Part shown: one piece after another, positions 36,001 to 44,262 of the stretch
Position numbering within the stretch: the stretch's first letter is position 1
How the letters are laid out: each line of letters starts with the position of its first letter
NCBI GenBank assembly: GCA_965224085.1
Contig: CBDCYI010000009.1
Coordinates: 268,057-332,056, forward strand
Direction: 5' to 3'
Length of the DNA stretch: 64,000 bases
From: Candidatus Marinacidobacterales bacterium
GTDB lineage: Bacteria > Acidobacteriota > Vicinamibacteria > Marinacidobacterales > SMYC01
Translations under genes and position numbers: made by a program
Notes under the pieces: generated by a model
What the model was told of the DNA's origin: nothing
What the model saw: only the letters and a program-made list of their open reading frames with translations
The model's database searches: none

Positions 36001-38416
36001 AAAGATCCTGGGCATGCACGAGACCGCGGATCTGCTTCGCTTCACCCCGAACGCGCGCGCACTGGCTACCGTTTTCTGGGCGCTCTACGACGACCGGAAA
36101 AAGCGCGCGGCCTGGGAAAGCCAAGCTCGCAGCCTCGTCCGCCTCCGCACCCAATTCGAGCACACGGAGGCGATGACGGAGCTCGGTGGCGAGCTCAACG
36201 AAGCGATCGCGACCCATCTCGCCGAGATCGGGATCGATGTGCCGACGCAGGCGTCCCGTCTAGCCGGCGCCTACCTGCTCGAAGAGATCGCGCGCGAGCC
36301 GCAGAAATTCGTCCTGAGCGCGGATGCAAACGAGCTCAAGCGCGCTTTCGAAAAGCACTTGCGTGAGTCCGGCGGCGACCGCGAGCTCGAACAGGACTTG
36401 CGCGCGCTCAGCGACACGCCCGTGCGCGCTTACGAGCTCACGGAGGCGTGGATGGCCGCCTTTCTCTCGAGCTCGGAAAACGGCGATCGCTTGGCTCGCT
36501 CTTCCCTCGAGGCCGTCGTCGCGCTTCTTTTCGAAGACAAAGTGAGCCGAGACACCTCGAGCGCGCAGTCCAAAGTCACGGTCGAGGGGCTCCTTGGCCA
36601 GCACCCCCGCATGCCGCAAGGCCGTATGGAGCTCCATCTAGACGAATTCCTCTCGCGGCTCGGCCATTTTCGACATCGACAAGTCAGAGGCTTCAGAGAG
36701 TTCCAAAAAGCCCGCCACGACGTGCTCGAGCACGAGCGTGAGAATCTACGTCTCGACGAGTACAAGCCCAAGGTCATGTCGTCTTTCGTGCGCAACCGGC
36801 TCATCAACGACGTGTATCTACCGCTCATCGGCGACAACCTCGCGAAACAGATGGGGGCTCTCGGCGACGCCAAGCGCACCGACCTCATGGGGATGCTTCT
36901 CCTCATCTCACCTCCGGGCTACGGCAAGACGACTTTGATGGAGTACCTCGCCAACCGGCTCGGCCTCGTCTTCATGAAGATTAACGGCCCCGCCCTCGGC
37001 CACTCGGTCACATCGCTAGATCCAGGCGAAGCACCGAACGCCACCGCGCGCCAGGAGGTCAACAAGCTCAACCTCGCTTTCGAGATGGGCAACAACGTCC
37101 TTCTCTACATCGACGACATCCAGCACACCCATCCCGAATTTCTCCAGAAATTCATCTCGCTCTGCGACGCACAGCGAAAAGTGGAAGGTGTTTGGAAAGG
37201 TCGGACGCGCACTTACGATCTGCGCGGCAAGAAGTTCGTCGTGTGCATGGCGGGAAACCCTTACACGGAATCCGGCGAAAAATTCCAAATCCCAGACATG
37301 CTCGCGAACCGCGCCGATACCTACAATCTAGGCGACATCCTCGAAGGCAAAGACGACTTCTTCGCGCTTTCCTACATCGAGAACGCGCTCACGTCGAACG
37401 CCGTCCTCGCGCCCCTCACGACGCGCGAGCAAAGCGATATCGAGTTGCTCGTGCGCATGGCGAATGGCGAGGCGATTCAAGCGGATCAGTTGAAGCACGG
37501 CTACTCCGCCGTCGAGATCGGCGAGATCCAGTCCGTTTTGAAGAAGCTTCTCAAAGTCCAGCAGGTGCTCCTCGCGATCAACCAGCAATATATTCGCTCG
37601 GCGTCGCAAGAAGACGCCTATCGCACCGAGCCGCCTTTCAAGCTCCAGGGGAGCTACCGCAACATGAACAAGCTCGCTGAGAAGATCGTGGCCGCGATGA
37701 ACGACGACGAGCTCGAAAGCCTCATCGACGACCACTATCTCGGCGAATCGCAGACTTTGACGACGGGCGCCGAAGAGAACCTTCTCAAGCTTGCCGAGAT
37801 GCGCAGCCGGATGAGCGAGAGCCAGAAGGCACGCTGGGAGGAGATCAAAAGCGGTTTCGTTCGAGTGCAACGCATGGGGGGCGGCGACGACGACCCCGCG
37901 ACGAGGCTCACGGGACAGCTCAGCCTGGTCTCCGAGCATCTCGAAGACATCGGTCAGAGCATCGAGCGCGCCGCCTCGAGTGCTGCTTCTCGCCCGCAAG
38001 CGATCTCGGCGGATCCCGACCTCAGCGCGTTCACCGCGCGGGACGTCGAGGTCAAGCTCGACCTCGCTCCCTATATCGACAAGCTCCACGAGCTTCTCGA
38101 GGCCTTCCAGAACGGGCAAACACAACTCGCCGCCGCACCGCAGATCAAGGGCGAGGCCCAGGCGCCGCCAGCGGATTACGAGCTCATCTCACGCGAGTCC
38201 TACCTCATCGAAGGCACCCTCATCCCGTTGATGCGCTTCATGGCGCATCGCTTCCGGGGCTATCGCGGGGTGGACGACCCGAAAATCAAAGCGCTCATAC
38301 AGAGACTCGAATATGTCGACGATCTCCAGGAGCTCGTCAACGCGCTCGAGAAAATCAACGTCTCCGCCCTCTCGAACATAACCGACGAAGAGGAGACGGA
38401 CGAGGCCTCGACATGA
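33044..38416 (+). CDS. Giant (1790 aa) protein of unrecognised N-terminal architecture with a C-terminal MoxR/AAA_5-like ATPase domain
   Basis: Uninterrupted ORF with RBS GGAAGG upstream. Single P-loop LLISPPGYGKTTLMEYLANRLGL and Walker B NVLLYIDDIQHTHPEF, with sensor region FVVCMAGNPYTESGEKFQIPDMLANRADTY (AAA_5/dynein-related fold), at about residues 1285-1430. About 1280 aa upstream and 350 aa downstream show no motif I can assign. Confidence 0.7.
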   Translation: MSTDVQQQPEIERGTYEIIRDRLLGHGKTLAEKADGLNRKRLEIFGGTELAVLGNERIRTENNCIPRDIKEVGNHLLFGYNVFIGLKRETRVEDVFSLHSYEKTEDGFVFRKVEKNSPDYFLSDVKFLEEFHELYHYYKNTKLLQLRRVSEKLLAVFQIGEKIEDVRVFRWAISTDGAVTYIDNRGERDHVFPRTHDFEWTLTAREEHVQGRHPHVNILDEVFVETVGGDLTIKVENNTEDGQGIYREPVLDADQSLDDAEVHYAEVGTLILLKMLPYRETDYRYLVFNTRTNHVDRIDAIGQSCVQLPEDHGVIFPGGYYLKSGHTKSFERDFRGMEFLRRLRSPNGEDVLYAFHERESGRTILLPYNMIRKEVDNPLNCHGFSLYPDGTLVVFRAGDDEPKRVHGMQVWRTPFLSEEAVQSRPPTGSFLEKVGNAELVRGVSDCLSIRRMVDEQEPTRQKYEDLVAAAARVIDSYYWLDNPEIGDLREPLRNVHESAESIIDEFEKVEALRAQARRTLDEAGEKVQEIFRTIYPDSWTSIDQYVACLASLRSARGHLITLRETRYVDLARIDTVEAEIVERFDNVSERAVEFLLQDEALLPYQERAGALEDGVPGLSKVTEANAHQDALQEFGDSLDLLTDVVSSLEIDDATVRTQILGNISEILGSLNRVRALITNRRKELLGKEGIAEFGVQFQLLSQSVTSALSLSDTPEKCDEQLSKLMLQLEDLETRFSEYEEFTDELTTKREEIYEAFSSKKQSLVDRRQRRAQNLMQAAERILGSVTRRAETFETADDLNAYFAADAMVAKLRSTSNNLRELGDSVHADEIDGRLKAAKEDAARGLRDRQEIYEDGANVIKLGRHRFSVNTQPLELTMVPRDDAMAFHLTGTGFYEQVDDETFGKTQDFWSQELVSETRSVYRGEYLAYCVLEDAELGDSELSLKKLLQATRGEGALLGIIRDYAALRYDEGYERGLHDADATLILQKILGMHETADLLRFTPNARALATVFWALYDDRKKRAAWESQARSLVRLRTQFEHTEAMTELGGELNEAIATHLAEIGIDVPTQASRLAGAYLLEEIAREPQKFVLSADANELKRAFEKHLRESGGDRELEQDLRALSDTPVRAYELTEAWMAAFLSSSENGDRLARSSLEAVVALLFEDKVSRDTSSAQSKVTVEGLLGQHPRMPQGRMELHLDEFLSRLGHFRHRQVRGFREFQKARHDVLEHERENLRLDEYKPKVMSSFVRNRLINDVYLPLIGDNLAKQMGALGDAKRTDLMGMLLLISPPGYGKTTLMEYLANRLGLVFMKINGPALGHSVTSLDPGEAPNATARQEVNKLNLAFEMGNNVLLYIDDIQHTHPEFLQKFISLCDAQRKVEGVWKGRTRTYDLRGKKFVVCMAGNPYTESGEKFQIPDMLANRADTYNLGDILEGKDDFFALSYIENALTSNAVLAPLTTREQSDIELLVRMANGEAIQADQLKHGYSAVEIGEIQSVLKKLLKVQQVLLAINQQYIRSASQEDAYRTEPPFKLQGSYRNMNKLAEKIVAAMNDDELESLIDDHYLGESQTLTTGAEENLLKLAEMRSRMSESQKARWEEIKSGFVRVQRMGGGDDDPATRLTGQLSLVSEHLEDIGQSIERAASSAASRPQAISADPDLSAFTARDVEVKLDLAPYIDKLHELLEAFQNGQTQLAAAPQIKGEAQAPPADYELISRESYLIEGTLIPLMRFMAHRFRGYRGVDDPKIKALIQRLEYVDDLQELVNALEKINVSALSNITDEEETDEAST

Positions 38417-38480
38417 ACGCGCTAGACCTGCGCGCCATGTTACGATTCCCAAAACCGGTTCTCACCGAAGGGAGTTCGTG

Positions 38481-39236
38481 ATGGGGTTATTCGAGCGGAT
38501 CCGAGCGGTCTGGTACGCCATAATCAACAAATCCGTCACTGAGATGGAGGACGCGCACGTGATCGCACTCGCGGAGCACAAGCTCCAGCAGGCCACCGAG
38601 CGACTGAAAGAGGCGCGCCAAGGCTTGATCAGCTATCAAGCACTCGTTTTGAAAGTCGAAGGGCAAGTCGGAAGCGAAAAGTCGCGCATCGCGAGCGTCA
38701 CCGGGCAGATCAAGAACCACTTGAAGGCCAATCAGGAAGAGATGGCCGGCCAGCTCGCTCTCGAGCTCGCTCGGGTCAAAGGCGAGCTCGAAAGCAACAC
38801 CGAGCAGCTCGCACAACATCGCGAGAGCTACGAGAACAACCTTCTGAAGATGAAAGCGGCGCTCAAGGACATCGAGACGGCCAAGCAGGACCTCGACAAG
38901 AAGAAAGCCGCGCTTCAGATGGAGAAGGCTTTGGCCGAAGTCTCCGAGACCGCCGGCGCGCTCAACACCCAGTTCGATGTTTCTTCCGACATCGGCTCGA
39001 TCCTGAGCCGCGTCGACGACCAGATCAATAAAGCCAAAGCGCGCTCGAAGGTCGCCTCCGATCTGAGCGATCAAGGCATCGATCAGCTCAAAGCGAAGCA
39101 ATCGGCAGACAAGGCCGAAGCTCAGGAGCTTCTCGCGCAGTTCAAGATCGAGCAGGGGCTCGCCGAGCCGTCTTCAGAAGCAAGTGAGAAAACTGTAGGA
39201 CCGCAGAGAGAAGCCACGCCAGAGTCCGGTGAATAG
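38481..39236 (+). CDS. pspA: PspA/IM30/Vipp1-family protein (bacterial ESCRT-III superfamily)
   Basis: Canonical N-terminus MGLFERIRAVW...MEDA (compare PspA MGIFSRFADIV..., Vipp1 MGLFDRLGRVV...); about 250-aa all-helical coiled-coil protein with E/K/Q heptads; RBS GGGAG upstream. Confidence 0.8.
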   Translation: MGLFERIRAVWYAIINKSVTEMEDAHVIALAEHKLQQATERLKEARQGLISYQALVLKVEGQVGSEKSRIASVTGQIKNHLKANQEEMAGQLALELARVKGELESNTEQLAQHRESYENNLLKMKAALKDIETAKQDLDKKKAALQMEKALAEVSETAGALNTQFDVSSDIGSILSRVDDQINKAKARSKVASDLSDQGIDQLKAKQSADKAEAQELLAQFKIEQGLAEPSSEASEKTVGPQREATPESGE

Positions 39237-40950
39237 CCCTTTGGGAAGCGGCGCGCCCACTTGGGCGCGGGAGCTTGCCTCGAGCTATGTCAGTGGGGCT
39301 GCAAGCGTCTTCCTTCTCTATGGAAACGTCCACGACCTCGTTCCGGTCACGGACTCGGACGAGTTCATCTCGCTCGACGACTATCTCGCCACGCAGCTCT
39401 TCGGCCAACGGGACATCGTTCTCGCCTACGATCGCGGTAGCGGCATCCGCTTTCTCGCTCCCGGGGATGCCGACCGTCGGGCGTCCATGCAAGAGGACTT
39501 TTACAAGACGCTCAAAGCCGTGGACTCGGTAAGCGGCACAAGCTTCGCGAGCTCGAGGCCTAAAGATCCCAAAGTCGTGTTCGAGCTCCTCGACCGCTAC
39601 ATCCTCCACAAGCTCGTCGAAACGCCTGCAGACGGCAATCGCAAGAGCCTCGCGATCGTGATCTGCTATGTCGAGACCATCACGCCGGCCGTCGATGGCT
39701 CGTGGCTCACGGGCGAGCTCGGCGCCAACCTCATCAAAGTGCTCAATTGGGCCAACGACCCTGGGATTCGAAGCGCTGATGTGACGCTTTGTCTCGTCAC
39801 GGAGAACCTCGGCGACGTAAACCGCCGCCTCGTCGAGAACCCATTCATCTCTAAAGTAGACGTCGAGCTCCCGGACGAGACGACGCGTGAGCGCTACGCG
39901 AGGCATTTGTTGAAAGACGCAGCAATGGCGAAGACGGTGGCCCGTGAAGGCAACGGGCTGACGCTCGTCGGTCTCGCACAGGCGGTCAGTGGCTCCGTCG
40001 AGCTCGCCAATTTGCAAGCGGCCAAAAAGGAGCTCATCGAGAAACAGTGCTTCGGCCTCGTCGAGTTCGTTGCTCCGAGCTACGACCTCGACATGGTTGT
40101 CGCGCCCGAGGCAGTCAAAGACCGCCTCGAGCAAGACGTGTCGCTATTCAAGAAGGGACGGCTCGAAGCGCTCCCGATGGGCTATCTCCTCTGCGGGGTC
40201 ATCGGCACCGGCAAGACATTTACGGCAACATGCTTTGCAGGAAGCCTCGGCATCCCAACGATCGTCTTCAAGAACCTCCGCAGCAAGTGGGTCGGAAGCT
40301 CCGAAGGCAATCTCCAAAAAGTGCTCTCGGTGATCAAAGCCCTCGGCCCCGTCGTCGTCGTCGTCGATGAAGCCGATGCCGCGCTGGGAAGCCGCGGGTC
40401 GAGCGGGGACAGCGGCACGTCGAGCCGCATGTTCGCGATGATCTCGTCACTCATGAGCGACACCGGTTACCGGGGGCGCATCCTGTGGATGCTCCTCACT
40501 TGCCGTCCTGACATGTTGCCCGTCGATTTGAAGCGGCAAGGTCGCTGCGAGGTCCACATCCCGCTCTTCCCGCCCGAGACTGAGAAGGCCCGCCACCAAA
40601 TGTTTCTCGCGATGGCGCGCACAAACGGCGTCGCGATCGCTCCCAGCGACGTTCCCACCCTGCCGGAAGAGCTCTCGGGCGCGGACATCGAAAGTCTGCT
40701 CGTGCAATGCGTCCGCCGCGCCGCGATCGCGGGCGCTGCTTCGCTCTCCGCCGCGCATATCCGTGACACGCTTGCCCACTTTCGATCACCGGATTATGGT
40801 CTCGAGAAGGAGCTGCAGCAGCTCGTCGCCATCCGCGAGAGCACCGACCCCAACTTCATCCCAAAGCGACTGCGAACGCGTTACGGAGCGCCGGACAAGG
40901 CGATAGCCCTCGAGCACCGCATTCAGGAGATCGCAGCACTTCTCCAATGA
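39229..40950 (+). CDS. Classic-clade AAA+ ATPase (Vps4/CDC48/FtsH-like AAA domain) with a 280-aa N-terminal domain
   Basis: GTG start overlapping the pspA stop by 8 nt. Walker A GVIGTGKTF, SKWVGSSEGNL (compare Vps4/spastin SKWxGESEK), Walker B VVVVDEADA, second region of homology LLTCRPDMLPVDLKRQGRCEVHIPLFPP (Arg fingers). Confidence 0.8.
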   Translation: MNSPLGSGAPTWARELASSYVSGAASVFLLYGNVHDLVPVTDSDEFISLDDYLATQLFGQRDIVLAYDRGSGIRFLAPGDADRRASMQEDFYKTLKAVDSVSGTSFASSRPKDPKVVFELLDRYILHKLVETPADGNRKSLAIVICYVETITPAVDGSWLTGELGANLIKVLNWANDPGIRSADVTLCLVTENLGDVNRRLVENPFISKVDVELPDETTRERYARHLLKDAAMAKTVAREGNGLTLVGLAQAVSGSVELANLQAAKKELIEKQCFGLVEFVAPSYDLDMVVAPEAVKDRLEQDVSLFKKGRLEALPMGYLLCGVIGTGKTFTATCFAGSLGIPTIVFKNLRSKWVGSSEGNLQKVLSVIKALGPVVVVVDEADAALGSRGSSGDSGTSSRMFAMISSLMSDTGYRGRILWMLLTCRPDMLPVDLKRQGRCEVHIPLFPPETEKARHQMFLAMARTNGVAIAPSDVPTLPEELSGADIESLLVQCVRRAAIAGAASLSAAHIRDTLAHFRSPDYGLEKELQQLVAIRESTDPNFIPKRLRTRYGAPDKAIALEHRIQEIAALLQ

Positions 40951-41456
40951 AAGACGGCCTCGTTCGCAGACAAGTCAAGCGCATCGGCCTCGGCGTCTTC
41001 CACGCGCGTCTGTTTCTTCACCGCCTTCAGGCCGACACGCGTTACGAGCTCGGCGGCGAGTGCATCCGCTGCGGCAAATGTTGCTTGGAGCCAGGAATTC
41101 AAGTCGGCCGCATCGCTTGGTACCTCCCCGGCTGCCGGCGGGTCTTTCTCTGGTGGCACCGAGTTGTCAACGGCTTCACGCTCAAGGAGGCCCGGCGGGA
41201 AGACCGCGTGTTCATTTTTGAGTGCAGCCATTTCGACTGGGCGTCGCGGAGCTGCGACAGCTACCACTCCCGGCCCGGAATGTGCCGCGACTACCCGCGC
41301 CTGTTCCTCGAACAGGCCAACCCCGAGTTTTTCGACGAGTGCGGTTTCAAAGCGCTCGCTCGAGGCCGGGACAGCCTCATCCAAATTCTCGAGAAAGAAT
41401 CTCTTACGCCGCAGCAGCTGGCCAAGCTGAAAAAAGGCCTTTATCTCGAAGATTGA
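40947..41456 (+). CDS. YkgJ-family cysteine-cluster protein (UPF0153; putative Zn/Fe-binding)
   Basis: ATG overlaps the AAA+ stop (ATGA). Motifs CIRCGKCC and CSHFDWASRSCDSYHSRPGMCRDYP match the YkgJ CxxCxxCC...C..C..RP..CR.YP pattern. Confidence 0.6.
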   Translation: MKDGLVRRQVKRIGLGVFHARLFLHRLQADTRYELGGECIRCGKCCLEPGIQVGRIAWYLPGCRRVFLWWHRVVNGFTLKEARREDRVFIFECSHFDWASRSCDSYHSRPGMCRDYPRLFLEQANPEFFDECGFKALARGRDSLIQILEKESLTPQQLAKLKKGLYLED

Positions 41457-41566
41457 GATGAAAGGCTTGCTGCCGCGATTCGACTCGGTTACATTAGAGG
41501 TTGAGCCCTCTCCACACACAAGAAAGCCAAAGCTCTGCCGGCCTTGCTTAGGGGTGTCGGAACCGC

Positions 41567-42199
41567 ATGCGTAGACTGAAGATCCGGAGTTATCTCGCCA
41601 CCGGTCTACTAGTCTGGATTCCGCTCGCCGTGACCCTCTTCGTCCTCCGGGTGCTGATAAATTTGATGGATCAGTCCCTCCTGCTGATCCCGCCGTCGTT
41701 GCGTCCTGAGAATCTATTGGGGTTCAGCATCCCGGGCCTGGGCGTCATTCTCACGTTCACGCTCGTCACCGTGACCGGTTTTTTGGCCGCGAACTTTCTC
41801 GGCAAACGGCTATTGGCGACCTCGGAAGGGCTTCTCGCACGTATCCCGCTTGTGAGCTGGGTCTATTCCGGCGTAAAGAAGGTGGCGGAAACGCTCTTGT
41901 CGCCGACGAGCGAGTCGTTTCGCAAAGTGCTCCTGATGGAGTACCCTCGCAAAGGCATCTGGAGCGTCTGCTTTCAAACGTCGAGCGAGCTTGGCGAGAT
42001 ACAGATTCGTACGGGGAAGGAAGTGCTCTGCGTGTTCGTCCCCACGACCCCGAACCCCACCTCTGGTTTCGTCATTTTCGTTCCCCGCGATGAGGTCATC
42101 GAGCTCGATATGACGGTCGACCAAGCATTGAGGATGATCATCTCGCTCGGCGTCGTGGTTCCCGAGTGGCGCCGCCGCGAGCTCATGCCGGTAGGTTGA
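41567..42199 (+). CDS. DUF502-family membrane protein
   Basis: Two N-terminal TM helices (LLVWIPLAVTLFVLRVL; GLGVILTFTLVTVTGFLAANFLG) and a conserved DUF502 core (RIPLVSWVYSGVKKV...VLLMEYPRKGIWSVCFQT). Confidence 0.6.
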   Translation: MRRLKIRSYLATGLLVWIPLAVTLFVLRVLINLMDQSLLLIPPSLRPENLLGFSIPGLGVILTFTLVTVTGFLAANFLGKRLLATSEGLLARIPLVSWVYSGVKKVAETLLSPTSESFRKVLLMEYPRKGIWSVCFQTSSELGEIQIRTGKEVLCVFVPTTPNPTSGFVIFVPRDEVIELDMTVDQALRMIISLGVVVPEWRRRELMPVG

Positions 42200-42396
42200 G
42201 CGCGATTCAGGGTTCCGCAATTCGGCGCGACGGCGACTAAACGCCCGGACGCCATAGGTACGCGATCCCAGCGACGGGAATTACCGCTCCCGCACTATCG
42301 CGGGACGCGAAGAGACGATCCGTCCTCTAGCCTGGCCGGAACTAGAAATACACACCGGCGATTTGCTTCCGTAGTGCGACCACGTCGCCCCACCGC

Positions 42397-43908
42397 CTAT
42401 GGGGACCCGCCGACCAAGCTCAGGAAATCCGTCATCGGAACGATGCGTCCGTGGACGGGCACGATCGTCTCAACGTCTAGGTTCAGCCGCTCTATGTTCT
42501 CGTAGAAGGTCACGTTGCTGGCATTGGGGCTCGCTGCCGGTGCGCCACGCGGCGAGTAGACGTCCGCCTCCATCACGATCTTTTCCTTCGGCAGATAGGC
42601 GATCAACATCCCCGCGACGTGAGCGAGACCTTGAACATGATGGATTTCCATCGTGCGCACCCCGTCGCTCAAGACGTATTTCTCCCGTAACGTTTCGAAC
42701 GTGTAGCCTTCCGCGGCCTCTTCCGGCGGATAGAGGGAGAGACGGTCCGGCTCCAAAATCCATGGACGCGCCGTCAAGATCTCTTCGTAATAAGCGCGAT
42801 TGCCCTCGTGGCCAATGATGGTCGCGCCCTCGTGGACATAGGCGCGCATGCCGCCCAAGTGGTCCCAGTGGTGATGCGAGTTCACCAAGAAGCCGATCGG
42901 CTTTCCCGGAATGAGCTTTTGCACTTCCTCGATGACCGCGAGCGAGCGGCTTCCGTTTAAAGGGGCCTCGAAGACCACCGAGTAGTCCTGGAACTCGACG
43001 ACGACGCTGTTGTGCGACGAGCCTCCCAGATACCACACCCCGTCCGCCAGCTCTCTCGAATCCACCCGGCGCGGTGGAACGGTTGCCCCCCGCACGGCGG
43101 CGGGGACGCTCGGAGCGGCGCCACTCACGTTCGCCTGAACGTCGCTCACGACGAGCCCAAAGGAATGGTCGCCGCCGCTGACGTTCGGTTTGCGCTCATT
43201 GTCGTCGTAATCGTGATGCTGGTGGAAACGGGTGGGAAACTTCACCCCGTCGAAGTCGCGGTAGTCGGCATACATGGTCTCATAGTACATATCGCCGACG
43301 ATGGGGTTGGGGATCCAGGTCTGAATTCGGACGACCTGGTTCTCGCTGTTGAATGTAGCGTTAACCCGGTACTTGCCGAGCGCTTCGAAGGAGACGATGG
43401 TCACGCGCTCTCCGTATTCTTCCCGCGAAATAGCGGTCGGGATCCCCACCATCGCTGCTTTGATGAAGCCGTGCGGGGTGAGCCAGATCTCGAGCTGTCG
43501 GACCTCCGCGGCAGCGGGCCTCGGAACCACATTGTCTCCTTGCAGGTTCCAAGCGAATGCGCCGCTCACGACGAACACCTCCCGCCGTTCCCCGACGATC
43601 GGCGTCCTGCCGCCGCCTCGTGAGCTGTAATTCCCCTGAACCCGGACCGTCTCTTCCTTCGAGCTCTTTGCCTCGAAGTCGATGGTCCGGGTGTAGCTCT
43701 TTACTTCGGTCCGCGGCCAATCCAGTTCCGGGCTGTAGTTTTGGCCCACCGCCCCTTTCCAACCGGTCCCGGAATAGCGAATCGATCTCAGGTTGGCGAC
43801 ACCTAACTCCTCTGCCGCGGCCCGCAAGACGTTGTGGGCATCTTGGGCGGCGACCGTCGCGGCCATAAAAACCAGCACGGCACCCAAAGCCAAACGCGTG
43901 TCTCTCAT
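42397..43908 (-). CDS. Secreted MBL-fold metallo-hydrolase with N-terminal accessory domain
   Basis: Signal peptide MRDTRLALGAVLVFMAATVAAQ; MBL zinc motif VNSHHHWDHLGG plus downstream His/Asp ligands (HEGATIIGHEGN; HVQGLAHVAGM). Confidence 0.6.
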   Translation of the reverse strand: MRDTRLALGAVLVFMAATVAAQDAHNVLRAAAEELGVANLRSIRYSGTGWKGAVGQNYSPELDWPRTEVKSYTRTIDFEAKSSKEETVRVQGNYSSRGGGRTPIVGERREVFVVSGAFAWNLQGDNVVPRPAAAEVRQLEIWLTPHGFIKAAMVGIPTAISREEYGERVTIVSFEALGKYRVNATFNSENQVVRIQTWIPNPIVGDMYYETMYADYRDFDGVKFPTRFHQHHDYDDNERKPNVSGGDHSFGLVVSDVQANVSGAAPSVPAAVRGATVPPRRVDSRELADGVWYLGGSSHNSVVVEFQDYSVVFEAPLNGSRSLAVIEEVQKLIPGKPIGFLVNSHHHWDHLGGMRAYVHEGATIIGHEGNRAYYEEILTARPWILEPDRLSLYPPEEAAEGYTFETLREKYVLSDGVRTMEIHHVQGLAHVAGMLIAYLPKEKIVMEADVYSPRGAPAASPNASNVTFYENIERLNLDVETIVPVHGRIVPMTDFLSLVGGSP

Positions 43909-44262
43909 AGCGCCTCCATAATTGACCCAGATCAACATCCCCACGCCCTCGACGCCAACGGGCGGGCGTTCCGAGCGACTAACGGGCGACGCCTAAAGTT
44001 TGTCCATCGCCGCCGCCATGTTGTCCATCGCGAGCTCGATGAGCTTGCGGGACGTTCCGAGGTTCATGCGCATGTGTAACATTTTTGTAATCCCTCCTGA
44101 TCGCAGCCATGGCGACGCCCCAGCCCTGCCAGCGAACTCCTGGCCGCTCATTATAGCTATCGACTGGATGTTGCGCACTGCTAGACTTAGACTAAACATC
44201 GTCTTCGCAGGCCCGTAACCAAGGAAACCGTTGAGCCATCAAACGGACGGGGGAAACGCCTT

